A stretch of 64,000 nucleotides of DNA from NCBI GenBank assembly GCA_016845065.1, contig JAERTG010000023.1, positions 167,553 to 231,552 on the forward strand, written 5' to 3'. The stretch is from Fidelibacterota bacterium. Lineage in GTDB: Bacteria > Fidelibacterota > UBA8477 > JABMPR01. Shown here in pieces: positions 9,847 through 20,228 of the stretch. Within the stretch, counting starts at the first letter, position 1. The number at the start of each line of letters is the position of its first letter. Position numbers and translations under genes: made by a program. The notes under the pieces were generated by a model, which was not told the origin of the DNA, ran no database searches, and worked only from the letters and a program-made list of their open reading frames with translations.

Positions 9847-11808
9847 TCATGGAAGGTAAATCATTTTCTTGATTTGAATGTTATCACCTGCAGAAGCGCT
9901 AATGAGATACAATCCTGCAGATGCATACACTCCCTCAGAATCAATTCCGTTCCATGTTATATGCCTTTGACCACTTACTTCATCAATTTTGAATCTACGT
10001 AATATACGACCTCTCACATCAATTATGTCAATTTGAATCAAATTTGCTGATATGTTCGTGATGGGAATCGTAGTATCTCCATTAAACGGGTTGGGAAAGT
10101 TTTGACCCAGACTAAAAACATCAGGTAGTTCTGGTGCTGTCCAGGAAGAGTCCAGGGTAAATTCCATGGACTTCATATTGAATCCGGCTTCATATATTTC
10201 AACAGTTAGCAAATGACTCCCAGCACTCATTGATATATCATCAAGTTGCACAGGTAACCAATTATGCCACCCACCGGTTACTGGAGTCTGTATGGCATCC
10301 TCCATCAACTCACCATCAAGGTAGAGCCGCAAGAGACCTGAGGAGTTTTGACTGGCAACTTCAATATCAAGGCTATAACTACCTCCCTGGTCAACTTCAA
10401 TGGTATATAGAAGCCATTCGCCATCCTCAGTCCATCCAATAATGGGATCACCGTGAGTGTCCATTTCTATATCCACACCATCATTTCTGTACTGATACCC
10501 TGAATTCCACGCAGTATAATCGTTCCAGTGCACGGTTTGGTAAACATGATCATTGTATGAAACACCCTGATGCCCGATATCATAGTCTGCGAATAGGATT
10601 TTTCCGGGAACGAGGAGGTCTTTAAAGGGTTTGTTTTGGTATGCAAATTCGGGATCAAAAAGTGAAGCAACCACACCTGGACGATAAGTGCAATTTTCTG
10701 TTTTGATGTTCTCTGCCAGCTCCATTAGTATAGCCTTGGCAGCTTGGATTGAAGGCTTGTTTTCTCCAGTATCCCAATAATGAATCAACTGACTATAATT
10801 TGTGGGACGGGCAATTGAATACGGGCTTGTTATAGTATCTACTTTTTTGGTTGTCCACCAACACCAGCCCACATTGTTAGCCTCAAATAACTGGACAGCA
10901 TCGTGGAACCATGGATTTGAATTCTCACCAGTTTCACTCATCCATAGCGGAACGTCATAACTGTTGCGCATATCGAGATGATTGTCAATAGAATGAGGTC
11001 CATTTTCGCTCCAATACTTATGGAAACTATATGACATATTATCAACAAAAGGTGGCGTCAACCCGGTAAAGTCTGTTGCATACCAATTACCTTCGATAAA
11101 CAGTATGTGATTGTTATCAACTGCCCGGACTACCTCCGCTATATCTGTATACAGTCTTCGGAATGCCTGGCTGCTCACTCCCTCAGGGAGGACTGGTTCA
11201 TTGAGGAGATCATATCCACCAATCCACGGTTCATCGGCGTATCTGGTTGCAATTGCTTCCCAAATCATCATCGTGTGCGATTTATTGGAGTCTGCCAACC
11301 ACAAACGAGCCGTTCCATCGCTGTCACTAATTGGTCCATGATTCTGCCCGCCAGGGGCACAATGCATATCCAAAACAACATGCATTCCAACATCAGAGCA
11401 CCAGGCAATCAGAGAATCAGTAACTTCATATCCCCATTCATTAGGTACTCCACGTGCCTTGGAAAACATATTATAGTGAAATGGCATCCTAACATGATCA
11501 AAGCCCCATAGGGCTAGTTCTGCAATATCCTCTCGCGTTACATAGTTATCATGATATGCTGCGTAAAACTCATCTGCTCCGGACTCTCCAATCACATCGA
11601 CTATTTGTGCGCGGATACTTGTGGGGGATCCCATTCCAGGAGTGTGTAACATATAGCCTTCTGGAACCAGCCATCCACCAAGACCCATACCTCTCATCAG
11701 AGCCGGATTACCATTTGCATCTACAATGCTCTGGCCTTCAGCATGAACAAATGCCTCCAGAGGGGAAAAAATCACAATCAGGACTAACAATAAGGGCAAG
11801 AGCTTCAA
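9847..11808 (-). CDS. glycoside hydrolase family 5 (Exg-like beta-glucanase motifs) with a C-terminal beta-sandwich module and T9SS C-terminal sorting domain
   Basis: A signal peptide is present. GLGGWLVPEGYM matches yeast GH5 exo-1,3-beta-glucanase. The acid/base motif is DLLNEP and the nucleophile motif is MSETGE. The C-terminus is …FPNPFN… CTD. Confidence 0.8.
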   Translation of the reverse strand: MKLLPLLLVLIVIFSPLEAFVHAEGQSIVDANGNPALMRGMGLGGWLVPEGYMLHTPGMGSPTSIRAQIVDVIGESGADEFYAAYHDNYVTREDIAELALWGFDHVRMPFHYNMFSKARGVPNEWGYEVTDSLIAWCSDVGMHVVLDMHCAPGGQNHGPISDSDGTARLWLADSNKSHTMMIWEAIATRYADEPWIGGYDLLNEPVLPEGVSSQAFRRLYTDIAEVVRAVDNNHILFIEGNWYATDFTGLTPPFVDNMSYSFHKYWSENGPHSIDNHLDMRNSYDVPLWMSETGENSNPWFHDAVQLFEANNVGWCWWTTKKVDTITSPYSIARPTNYSQLIHYWDTGENKPSIQAAKAILMELAENIKTENCTYRPGVVASLFDPEFAYQNKPFKDLLVPGKILFADYDIGHQGVSYNDHVYQTVHWNDYTAWNSGYQYRNDGVDIEMDTHGDPIIGWTEDGEWLLYTIEVDQGGSYSLDIEVASQNSSGLLRLYLDGELMEDAIQTPVTGGWHNWLPVQLDDISMSAGSHLLTVEIYEAGFNMKSMEFTLDSSWTAPELPDVFSLGQNFPNPFNGDTTIPITNISANLIQIDIIDVRGRILRRFKIDEVSGQRHITWNGIDSEGVYASAGLYLISASAGDNIQIKKMIYLP

Positions 11809-11832
11809 CGTATTAATTCCATTTACTGTTAA

Positions 11833-12942
11833 TCATTTTAGCATTAATACCTTTTGAATAATTTGCTGATCCATTGCATTCACCATCACAATGTAGGATC
11901 CGCTGGAAACCGTTTTGCCAGAATCATTTTTACCATCCCAAACCAGCGTTTGTACACCTGTAGGATTTGACGATATGGCTTTTGAGTAGATTTTTTTGCC
12001 AACCGTATCGAAAATCTCAAATGTTGCATTACCCTGGGAAAAATTTTGCAATATCAGATTCGTATTCGCATTAAAAGGATTGGGGTATGCAGGAGAAAGC
12101 TTCATATCCTCGGGAAGGCTTATTAAGCTGTCGTTGAGTGAAAGAGCAGGTCCACTGTACCCTGTATTAGTTGGGGTTGTCATGCACAGAACCATATAAC
12201 CATTGTTAAACACGACATTCTCTGGAATAAAATCACAGTTGTTCCCATTCCAGGTATGAGTTGCTTTCTGCCACCGGTCAGTATCCCAACTATCAAAATC
12301 ATCATGCCAAACAGGTGTAAAACCATTGTTGGTTCCTGTAGTCCCATCTCCAGGTGTATACGCAGCATAGCTTACCCAATCGTAATAGGCATAAATTGGT
12401 AGATTTGTCGGGTTAAAGGGTCCTACCCAGTCAGGGTAGTCAGGTTGCCAGATATTCATCATTAATTTCTGAGATCGATTTAGTTGTTCGATATGCCCAT
12501 ATTGTTGTCGATAGACCTCCACTCCATCAACAAACCAGGCTACATACCATGGCGTCCACTCGAATGCATAATCATGAAACACAACTGCTGGGTTATAACC
12601 GAGAGTAACTGAATGTTCATGGTTGGTTTGCCAATCTGTAATTGTATTGAACTGCACTCGATTGATATAGCGACCAAGAAATTCAATATCAATTTCATTC
12701 CAATCCTGAATCCCGGCACCTCCGAGTTCGTGGTAGGTAAACAAACTTGAAACCGTTCCGGAAAATGGAGCCGATTTTATTCTCGCTTCAAAGCGGCCGT
12801 ACAGGAAGGTTTCAATTGTTCTGTATTCACCACCACGATAGTCCTTAGCCTGAAGGAACAATACTGGGGATAAAATCAAGATCATGGTCGTTGCTCTCAT
12901 CAATTTCACATAATGAGCGATGTTCATATAACCCTTATTCAT
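11833..12942 (-). CDS. GH16 endo-beta-1,3(4)-glucanase with T9SS C-terminal sorting domain
   Basis: The GH16 catalytic motif EIDIEFLG is present. The C-terminus is …YPNPFNANT… CTD. Confidence 0.8.
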   Translation of the reverse strand: MNKGYMNIAHYVKLMRATTMILILSPVLFLQAKDYRGGEYRTIETFLYGRFEARIKSAPFSGTVSSLFTYHELGGAGIQDWNEIDIEFLGRYINRVQFNTITDWQTNHEHSVTLGYNPAVVFHDYAFEWTPWYVAWFVDGVEVYRQQYGHIEQLNRSQKLMMNIWQPDYPDWVGPFNPTNLPIYAYYDWVSYAAYTPGDGTTGTNNGFTPVWHDDFDSWDTDRWQKATHTWNGNNCDFIPENVVFNNGYMVLCMTTPTNTGYSGPALSLNDSLISLPEDMKLSPAYPNPFNANTNLILQNFSQGNATFEIFDTVGKKIYSKAISSNPTGVQTLVWDGKNDSGKTVSSGSYIVMVNAMDQQIIQKVLMLK

Positions 12943-13069
12943 TGTGTAAAATCCTGCAATATTGGGTTGGTTGTTATCGTAGGTAAATTGTTATGATTTA
13001 GTGATTCAGGGTAACACGTTGCTCCAGGAAATACATACCTGTTTGGTTTGATTAATCCCACAACTCCCC

Positions 13070-14077
13070 CTACTGGAATAGCCTTACGTAATCTACTTCC
13101 ATGGTTTGGGGGAAAAGTGTAGACGCGTCAGGGTTACCAGGCCAGTCTCCACCTACAGCTACATTCAATATAAGATGAAATTCCTGATCAAATGGCGCTG
13201 GGTAGTCGCCGCCAACTGTAAACCAACTACTTAGTGTCTGAAACAGAACATCGTCAACATACCACCTCATTTCATCCGCCTCCCATTCAAAGGCAAAGGT
13301 GTGAAAGGAGTCAGAAAAATTTCCAGTCGGCAGTACATATGAGGTCCCCGTGGAGCTTTTGTCAGGGTAATAGTTTCCATAATGAATGGTGCCATATGTG
13401 CGTGTTATATCATGACCCAGGAACTCCATGATATCAATCTCACCACTTACAGGCCATCCTCCGTAGACGGAATAAGTGGGCATCATCCATATAGCAGGCC
13501 AGAGTCCTTGTCCTCGAGGTAGTTTTGCTCGGATTTCAATTCGCCCATACTTCCAGTCAACTTTTTGTGCAGTATTCATCCTTGCTGAATTATAAGCAGG
13601 GGCATTTGGATCAAAGGGATTCTCTTTCCTTGCTGTTAAATAAAGGTAGCCGTTTGTCAAGCCAGAATTACCAGGATCCTGGGTATATGACTGCAACTCA
13701 TTGTTGACATAGCCTGGCCACCACTCTTCATGGTTCCATTTTGTCGTATCAATACTACTACCATTAAATTCATCATTCCAAGTCAAACTCCAACCCACAG
13801 GAATTTCGGATGACTTCAGACAATTTCCGTCATCTACAGTGGCAATTGGATCGAAGTTGGCAGAACTTGAATCCGTACAGCCAAAATATTGACAGCTTCC
13901 ATCATCCTCGGTGGCTGTACTATCAAAATTTATTGAATTGGAATCCATACAACCATAGATCACTTCCACAATTGGGTCTTCAGGAGGTGTTGGAGATTTA
14001 CATGCTACTAACAAACCGATTGAAAGAATTGAAATTATAATCAGTTTTGGACTAATCAGATTCAAGTTTACTCCCAT
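13070..14077 (-). CDS. GH16 laminarinase-type lipoprotein with two short Cys-bracketed N-terminal mini-repeats
   Basis: The GEIDIMEFLG motif carries the Met beta-bulge typical of laminarinases. The lipobox is LLVAC. The start was trimmed to an internal ATG (14077) to remove a 113-nt overlap with the upstream gene. Confidence 0.8.
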   Translation of the reverse strand: MGVNLNLISPKLIIISILSIGLLVACKSPTPPEDPIVEVIYGCMDSNSINFDSTATEDDGSCQYFGCTDSSSANFDPIATVDDGNCLKSSEIPVGWSLTWNDEFNGSSIDTTKWNHEEWWPGYVNNELQSYTQDPGNSGLTNGYLYLTARKENPFDPNAPAYNSARMNTAQKVDWKYGRIEIRAKLPRGQGLWPAIWMMPTYSVYGGWPVSGEIDIMEFLGHDITRTYGTIHYGNYYPDKSSTGTSYVLPTGNFSDSFHTFAFEWEADEMRWYVDDVLFQTLSSWFTVGGDYPAPFDQEFHLILNVAVGGDWPGNPDASTLFPQTMEVDYVRLFQ

Positions 14078-15572
14078 AATCAAAGATATGATCCGTGGTA
14101 ATTTGAGGAAAAGGGGGCACGAGAACAGGATATGGAACATTATCCTGGGCAACAAACATGTCAATATGTGTAATGCTTACCGCTTCATATACATCAAAAT
14201 TGATGTAGATATCACTTGAATATACAGTTTGAAGGCTGTCTATGATGGGATTCATGTATCCTTCAATGAAAGGGATGGAATTTGAAGAACTTATCGTGCT
14301 GTCGTCAATCGAGAACCTGATTACTTCCTTATAAATTCCGGATAGATATTGATCTTGCCACATTTGCTCGTAAGAGATTATTTCCTTACGGGTTGAATAC
14401 CCTTTGGCATATGCTTCTCCAGTTATAATGTGGTCCTTGAGTAAATCTGCTATGGCGAGTTTCACCTGACGGGCAAAATCAGACATTTCAAAGCGTTTTT
14501 CACGAAACACCAAGGGGTGACTGGCCACGAGGATATAAAAATCTTGAACAGTCCAGTCTTTGCCATCAAAAGAGAAGAGTTTTTGATCCAAATGGGATTC
14601 ATTAAGATCAGATTCGTTCAATGCCAGATGCTGCTTTTCAAGGTCCCAAATCGCCTGATTCAGCATGGAGCCTTTATCCGACTCCTTCATCAAGTATTTT
14701 TCAGCCAAATCATCGACCACAACCCGAAAAGTATTTTCTTCAAGAACGAAACTTTTTCCGCGCATAAGTTCAGCAGTATGCTCGTTAAAAATCAGGTTGC
14801 CTTCACGCTCTTTTACCTTCGAGACGACATCCTCCCATAGCGTCCGATTTGCTGATTCGCTCATATTCAGTTTGTCATTCCAACCCATCACCTTGAGAAT
14901 AAGATATTTTCCATCCCTCAGCTCGAGAGGGCCAATTACTGATCCCTTTTCCAGGGGTTGAGAAAATAGTGCTTCCCGAATGATGATTTCTTCATCATCA
15001 AACCAGGTAAGTTTTTTTACTTCCACCACTTTCGTACCAAGAATCCGCTCATAGACGGATTCAAATGATTCTCCATCATCCAGGAAAGTTTTTGTAGCAT
15101 ATGCAAATTGAGAGTCAGGCAGAGTGATGAATCCTAAATCAAACTCACGATGGGCATCCTTAAAGCTCCGATTCAATTGCTCATCAGTTGAATTAACCAG
15201 GTTGATACCATGCTCATATCGATATAGCTGACGCATCGCTTGTTCTCGACGACCCTGAATGTACTTATCAAATTGAATGGGAGATTCAAATTCAGGTTTC
15301 GCTAAGACATCAAGGGCAAGAAGTTTTTCCGCAATCAGTGAATTGAGAATAATTTTTTTGTGGATGCTATTGTCCCCACTACAGTAACTCGGTCGTGGCG
15401 TATATTCAACTCTGCGAATAAATTCTGATTTAGTAATTACCCGATCGCCAACTCGAGCCATTACCTCAGAATTGGGATAGGAGTCGACATCCTTCTTCCC
15501 TCCACATCCACTAAGGAGAAAAAAAGATACGGTCAAGACATAAAAGGATCGGTATATCTTTTGAGCAAGCAT
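14052..15572 (-). CDS. hypothetical lipoprotein (SurA-N-like chaperone region possible)
   Basis: The lipobox is LLSGC. No catalytic motif was recognised. It lies directly downstream of the PorV-like gene. Confidence 0.4.
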   Translation of the reverse strand: MLAQKIYRSFYVLTVSFFLLSGCGGKKDVDSYPNSEVMARVGDRVITKSEFIRRVEYTPRPSYCSGDNSIHKKIILNSLIAEKLLALDVLAKPEFESPIQFDKYIQGRREQAMRQLYRYEHGINLVNSTDEQLNRSFKDAHREFDLGFITLPDSQFAYATKTFLDDGESFESVYERILGTKVVEVKKLTWFDDEEIIIREALFSQPLEKGSVIGPLELRDGKYLILKVMGWNDKLNMSESANRTLWEDVVSKVKEREGNLIFNEHTAELMRGKSFVLEENTFRVVVDDLAEKYLMKESDKGSMLNQAIWDLEKQHLALNESDLNESHLDQKLFSFDGKDWTVQDFYILVASHPLVFREKRFEMSDFARQVKLAIADLLKDHIITGEAYAKGYSTRKEIISYEQMWQDQYLSGIYKEVIRFSIDDSTISSSNSIPFIEGYMNPIIDSLQTVYSSDIYINFDVYEAVSITHIDMFVAQDNVPYPVLVPPFPQITTDHIFDYGSKLESD

Positions 15573-15593
15573 CCCTGCTATATCATTAACTCA

Positions 15594-16691
15594 CTAGAAC
15601 TGATATGTCAATGTAAAAGAGTTGGCATACCCTAGCAGACCCATGGATCTATAGGCATAGTCCAATGCAATTGCCTGACGCCCAAACAGCTTGTACTCGA
15701 TTCCCCCACCCCAAGTGATGGCTGAATATGGTATTTCTGAACCAAATAAATTTAGCTCTTCATCGCCATTAACTAAATACAATCCTCGCATTCCAGTTCT
15801 CAGGAACACATGTGTACCTCGAATAAACGCTAAATCGTACTGGAGTCCCAAATTGACTGATTCACTATTATTGTTTGGGTGCAAAACATCTATGGCAACC
15901 AGCAGATTGTGTTTGTGGGTATACAGCGGATATAAGGATATGCCAGCTCTGAATATTACTGGGAGGTCCCATGAATCGGTTTTGTATTCACCTTGAACCG
16001 TAGAATAATTTCCAGCTTCATCTGGTTCAATATCGATGACATTAAGCATATCAATACCAGAATACGACATTTTTGAACCATAATTGGAAATACTCATACC
16101 AATTCGCATACCCTCTTCCTGTTTACCTGTGGGACTGAAGAAGTCGGTTACGATTGAAACACCCAGATCAAGTGCCAATGCACTTGCCCCACTATGCCAA
16201 ATAGTCGATGAGATGTATTTTGTTGATACGCCAAAAGAGAACCAGTTGACGATAGAACGGGCATAGGTCAGAGACATGGCATATTCTGAGGCCTGATAAA
16301 ACTCACCTGTCCCATCCTGGTACCGTAAATTGGTGACTGGAATACTTCCAAAATCGACGTGATTCATGCTTAAGCCAATGTTACCCACATTTGGAACAGT
16401 AATAGCAACTGCGGCATAACGATTGGCAATGCCAGCAACCCAGGCTTGATCCATGACAATTAACTCGGGCTGTACCTGGAAGGCTAAACCTGCTGGGTTC
16501 CAATAAATTGAGGATATGCTTTTGCCTACGCTCACATAGGCCTCACCCATTGCTACTGCTGGTCCAATACCAATTTCCAGGAAATTGGCAGCTGTGGTTC
16601 CATATCTGTACGGTTTCTGGGCAAATAAGGAGCTAGAGACCAGCAACCCTAAAATCGTAATCTTTAAAAATGATTTCATATATGTTCTCAT
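15594..16691 (-). CDS. porV: PorV/LptO-like T9SS outer-membrane beta-barrel
   Basis: A signal peptide is present. The N-terminal motif FLEIGIGPAVAMGEAYVSV…SIYWNPAGLAF resembles the PorV family. It ends …TYQF. It overlaps the stop of the preceding 1187-aa CTD protein by 4 bp, matching porU-porV gene order. Confidence 0.5.
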   Translation of the reverse strand: MRTYMKSFLKITILGLLVSSSLFAQKPYRYGTTAANFLEIGIGPAVAMGEAYVSVGKSISSIYWNPAGLAFQVQPELIVMDQAWVAGIANRYAAVAITVPNVGNIGLSMNHVDFGSIPVTNLRYQDGTGEFYQASEYAMSLTYARSIVNWFSFGVSTKYISSTIWHSGASALALDLGVSIVTDFFSPTGKQEEGMRIGMSISNYGSKMSYSGIDMLNVIDIEPDEAGNYSTVQGEYKTDSWDLPVIFRAGISLYPLYTHKHNLLVAIDVLHPNNNSESVNLGLQYDLAFIRGTHVFLRTGMRGLYLVNGDEELNLFGSEIPYSAITWGGGIEYKLFGRQAIALDYAYRSMGLLGYANSFTLTYQF

Positions 16692-19600
16692 TTCAACACC
16701 GCAAACTTTCCAATATGTTCTCTTCCAGATTCGTTTGATTCAACGTGGTATATGTACATACCAGCTGCAATCTCCAGATTTTCCTCCGTTAGCAGGTTCC
16801 AATGCATCGATCCATTGGCAGCGGAATTTTCAACTTCGATTGTTTTGATTAAAACTCCAGATGAAGTAAATATCTTGATAACACAAGAGGCTGGGAGATG
16901 CGTAAACATTATCTTACGAGGTTGGTTCAAAAAGCGATTTCTCAACGCAGGTTCCATAGCATTTGTACCCACGTAGGGATTTGGAACCACTTTAATACTA
17001 TCCATGGTTTGAGCTTCCCGGACCATGTCAATCTCATCAATGGTTTTCGTTGTGAAACGGATAGTGTCCGAACCCCAGAATGGTCGCTCAAAACTGAGTT
17101 GGTATCGGTCCCCGACTGAAGGATAGTCGAAATCTCCACCACCAATAAAATCAATTACAAAGGCAGTTCCCAACCACTTGGCAGATGTATCAACACTGCC
17201 CACCAGGATTTTATCTTGAAATTTATTGAACACACCATCGGTTGTCCAACTGGGACCAAAGTGATCTTGAACGACTAAATCCATAATGGGATGATTCCCA
17301 TCATCATCAACTAAACTTGTATTTATGACATAAAAATCAAAGGATTGATCCAAAATGACTTTGGGTGGGAACCACAAACCATTGTCATTTTCATCCCGAA
17401 CATCTGTAGATGATGCTACCTGGCTCGTATATGCTGTTGAATCTCCAGTAAAAACAATCTCATAATCAAATGGGAAGAGATTTGATTCCCGCTTGGTGAG
17501 CGAAACAGTCATATGGTTAATGGGTGAACCGCTAATCCAACCAGTCGCATGTGGACCATCATCAATTTCTGGTTCAGTAACTCTCTGGTCAATCTGCAGT
17601 TGAAGACCATCAAATATATCAGTTTTAATCAGAGTATCTGGATTTAAGGTCCAGGTATTTAAGCCCTCATCCAAAATTAAATTCTCGACGGAGTAATTTG
17701 AATTTCCGCTTGAATCAAAGCGAGATTCGCTATACACTACAATTGGAGACCCGCTTGTAATGTCTGATACTTTATATCCACTTGTAATGTAGTGACTGGG
17801 GTTCGATCTATCATTCACGAGCGTATCAATAAGAAAGGTGACTTCGTAAGTATGTCCATCCTCGATTTGATCACGTGCAAATACAACAGGGGTTACACGC
17901 CCCGTTCCCAGGATGTGATTCTGTAATGAGTCCAACAAAACGACTGGCTCGTTATATCCTGCCGCAGTCGCTCTCGGTGTAACAATCTGGACGTTGGAGC
18001 CAACGCCTGTTACCTCATCATATTCGTTAATGCTAACCACCAGATTATTCTCAGAAGGCGCAATACCGGGAGTACTTGTGCTTATACCGTAGTCGTAGGC
18101 AGTCAACCCATAATAGTATGTTCTACCATTTTGGACATCTTCATCGATATAATAGTGTTTTAATCCTGTCTCTGTTCCGAGGTTGAAAGCAATTCCATTT
18201 ACTAAGCCAAATTCAGCAAAACCAAAGACTGAATCCACTAAATCACATTCGAAAATAGGATCTTTAAAGGTTGGCAGTCCATATCCATCGGTGATTATTT
18301 CGGCATCTTCAAAGAACTTATCTGTTGATTTATAGAGCTTATATCCTTCAAAATCGTTCACATTTCCAATAAATGGATCACGGGTGAGTTTGTCAGAGCG
18401 GTCGTCCCAGGTCAAGATCACTTTCCCATCAGCTACCGTTGCTTCCAGTGTTGGCATCAATGGAGGCTGTGCAAAACGATAGTCTGATTCATAGATCAAC
18501 TGAACCACAGATTTTAATTGGTACAGAGCTGGTGCGACCCAATCTGGAGCCATCATATTTTCATCAGTAGAATGAAGTTCTGCCATGGATATTCGCTCAG
18601 TTCTTCCAGCAAATAGTGGAAAGGGACCTGAAGCGAATAACTCGACTAGGTTGGCGTTCACATCATATAATTTCACCAGTGTATCTGCTGCAACCATATC
18701 CCACATGACATCATCATTATTAAACCATTTGGTACCTGGTGGAGCTGGACCATCAGGAACGGTCACAATTGTAAACAGCTGAAAGGATGTCAATCCAAGC
18801 ATATCAGATTCACTTACATCTGTTTCAGCAAAATTTGGCTCACAGCCAAGGGCTTCGTCATAATCCGGTTTATGATTTCCTTCCGTACCATCTAAATCTG
18901 GACCAGGATAATTCAAATCTAAAGGTCCGAGACCATCTAATCCGACATCATCACCATAGGGTTCAAAAGCCTGGTATATTCCATCTCCATTTAAATCAAC
19001 TCCATCTGTCCAGTCCTGATCCTCATCTCCTGACCAATGTTCTTTCAATTCCGATTCTACAAGTCCGTAGAAATCAAGAAACTTAGCCAGATCTGCAATC
19101 CCATCGGTAGGTCCTATGAGACTTCCTGCCGGATTATCCCTTGCCTCATCTATCAGACCATCATCATCATTGTCTTCCATGTCGTAGGCCAAGCCCGGAC
19201 TCTCCAGGTACGCAAAGCCCATAATTCCCGGAGTACCACCATCAGAAGCCTCTTCATCCTTGTCCCATGAATAGGCCAAATCCAACTCATCATTGTAAAA
19301 ACCAATATCATCGTCCGGACCTTCTCCACCAATGGCATTGTCGACCCAGTATCCGAAGCAAACTTCAGGGAGATCGTAAATTGAATTATTGGTTATGTTG
19401 TATTCCCAGAATAGTGCATCTCGAACCTGTGGATTATTCCACTGAAATCCACGGGTTTCTACACGTAGTCCCAGGCCACCCCAGGGAGCACCATCCTGAA
19501 TGGTAATTGCGTGCCCTTCATCTCCAATAAATCTTCCTGGTTTTGGATAATATTTGACCATGTCATCATCACCCAGATACTCCTGATCCTGGGCATCATT

Positions 19601-20227
19601 TACCACAAAATATGTCTCTAGATCGGCGTATTGAATACCTCGTCCAAATCGGCCATCCCATTCCCCTGGCCACTCTTTTGCATAACCGCCCTTGGGCCAA
19701 CCCTCTAGCGGCCAGGATGCTGTATCATCACTCATAGCAGGATGTTCGCTGGTCTCATTGAAATAACCCCAAACCGGGTAAAAACCCCATTCAACATTAC
19801 TTGTATCGCTCTGATCCATGTGCTCACGATAACTGGTTTGCAAAAAATGAAGAATGTGCAAATTTGGGTTGTTGGCAATTATGTCCGGGTCATCTACGAC
19901 AATAGAGTCCACTGTAGTATCATCCATATCATTCTCAATATAGACACGAGCGCCTACCAGGAGGCCAATACCATCAACCATCTTATACCCAGAATTGTTA
20001 TTGGGCCATTTTGAAGCTGCTTCGTCGGGCCAGTTTGACAATTCAGTATTATTCGTAAACTCGAGATGAATACGGTTGCCATTCATGGTTCCTTCGCGTT
20101 CAGCTTCAAAATCACCTGCGACATCTATCGGACCATTATATGGTCTACCCTGGCTGAACAAAGCAAGTGGCAGTGTGAGGAGTATGATTAATGCTGGCGC
20201 TATGTGGATATGTTTTATTGTTTTCAT
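16688..20227 (-). CDS. large secreted T9SS-CTD protein, candidate PorU-like C-terminal signal peptidase (or Ca-binding adhesin)
   Basis: The protein is about 1180 aa with a signal peptide. The call rests on its size and position immediately upstream of, and overlapping, the PorV-like gene. A C25-type catalytic motif could not be confirmed. Many DxDxDG Ca-binding-like repeats are present. It carries a variant C-terminal CTD. Confidence 0.35.
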   Translation of the reverse strand: MKTIKHIHIAPALIILLTLPLALFSQGRPYNGPIDVAGDFEAEREGTMNGNRIHLEFTNNTELSNWPDEAASKWPNNNSGYKMVDGIGLLVGARVYIENDMDDTTVDSIVVDDPDIIANNPNLHILHFLQTSYREHMDQSDTSNVEWGFYPVWGYFNETSEHPAMSDDTASWPLEGWPKGGYAKEWPGEWDGRFGRGIQYADLETYFVVNDAQDQEYLGDDDMVKYYPKPGRFIGDEGHAITIQDGAPWGGLGLRVETRGFQWNNPQVRDALFWEYNITNNSIYDLPEVCFGYWVDNAIGGEGPDDDIGFYNDELDLAYSWDKDEEASDGGTPGIMGFAYLESPGLAYDMEDNDDDGLIDEARDNPAGSLIGPTDGIADLAKFLDFYGLVESELKEHWSGDEDQDWTDGVDLNGDGIYQAFEPYGDDVGLDGLGPLDLNYPGPDLDGTEGNHKPDYDEALGCEPNFAETDVSESDMLGLTSFQLFTIVTVPDGPAPPGTKWFNNDDVMWDMVAADTLVKLYDVNANLVELFASGPFPLFAGRTERISMAELHSTDENMMAPDWVAPALYQLKSVVQLIYESDYRFAQPPLMPTLEATVADGKVILTWDDRSDKLTRDPFIGNVNDFEGYKLYKSTDKFFEDAEIITDGYGLPTFKDPIFECDLVDSVFGFAEFGLVNGIAFNLGTETGLKHYYIDEDVQNGRTYYYGLTAYDYGISTSTPGIAPSENNLVVSINEYDEVTGVGSNVQIVTPRATAAGYNEPVVLLDSLQNHILGTGRVTPVVFARDQIEDGHTYEVTFLIDTLVNDRSNPSHYITSGYKVSDITSGSPIVVYSESRFDSSGNSNYSVENLILDEGLNTWTLNPDTLIKTDIFDGLQLQIDQRVTEPEIDDGPHATGWISGSPINHMTVSLTKRESNLFPFDYEIVFTGDSTAYTSQVASSTDVRDENDNGLWFPPKVILDQSFDFYVINTSLVDDDGNHPIMDLVVQDHFGPSWTTDGVFNKFQDKILVGSVDTSAKWLGTAFVIDFIGGGDFDYPSVGDRYQLSFERPFWGSDTIRFTTKTIDEIDMVREAQTMDSIKVVPNPYVGTNAMEPALRNRFLNQPRKIMFTHLPASCVIKIFTSSGVLIKTIEVENSAANGSMHWNLLTEENLEIAAGMYIYHVESNESGREHIGKFAVLK

Positions 20228-20228
20228 T

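Noticed and set aside
13070-14164. Full 364-aa ORF call for the GH16 lipoprotein
   Set aside because: The first 29 codons overlap the upstream lipoprotein gene by 113 nt and add a non-signal-like extension. An internal Met gives a clean lipoprotein signal (LLVAC), so the start was moved to 14077.
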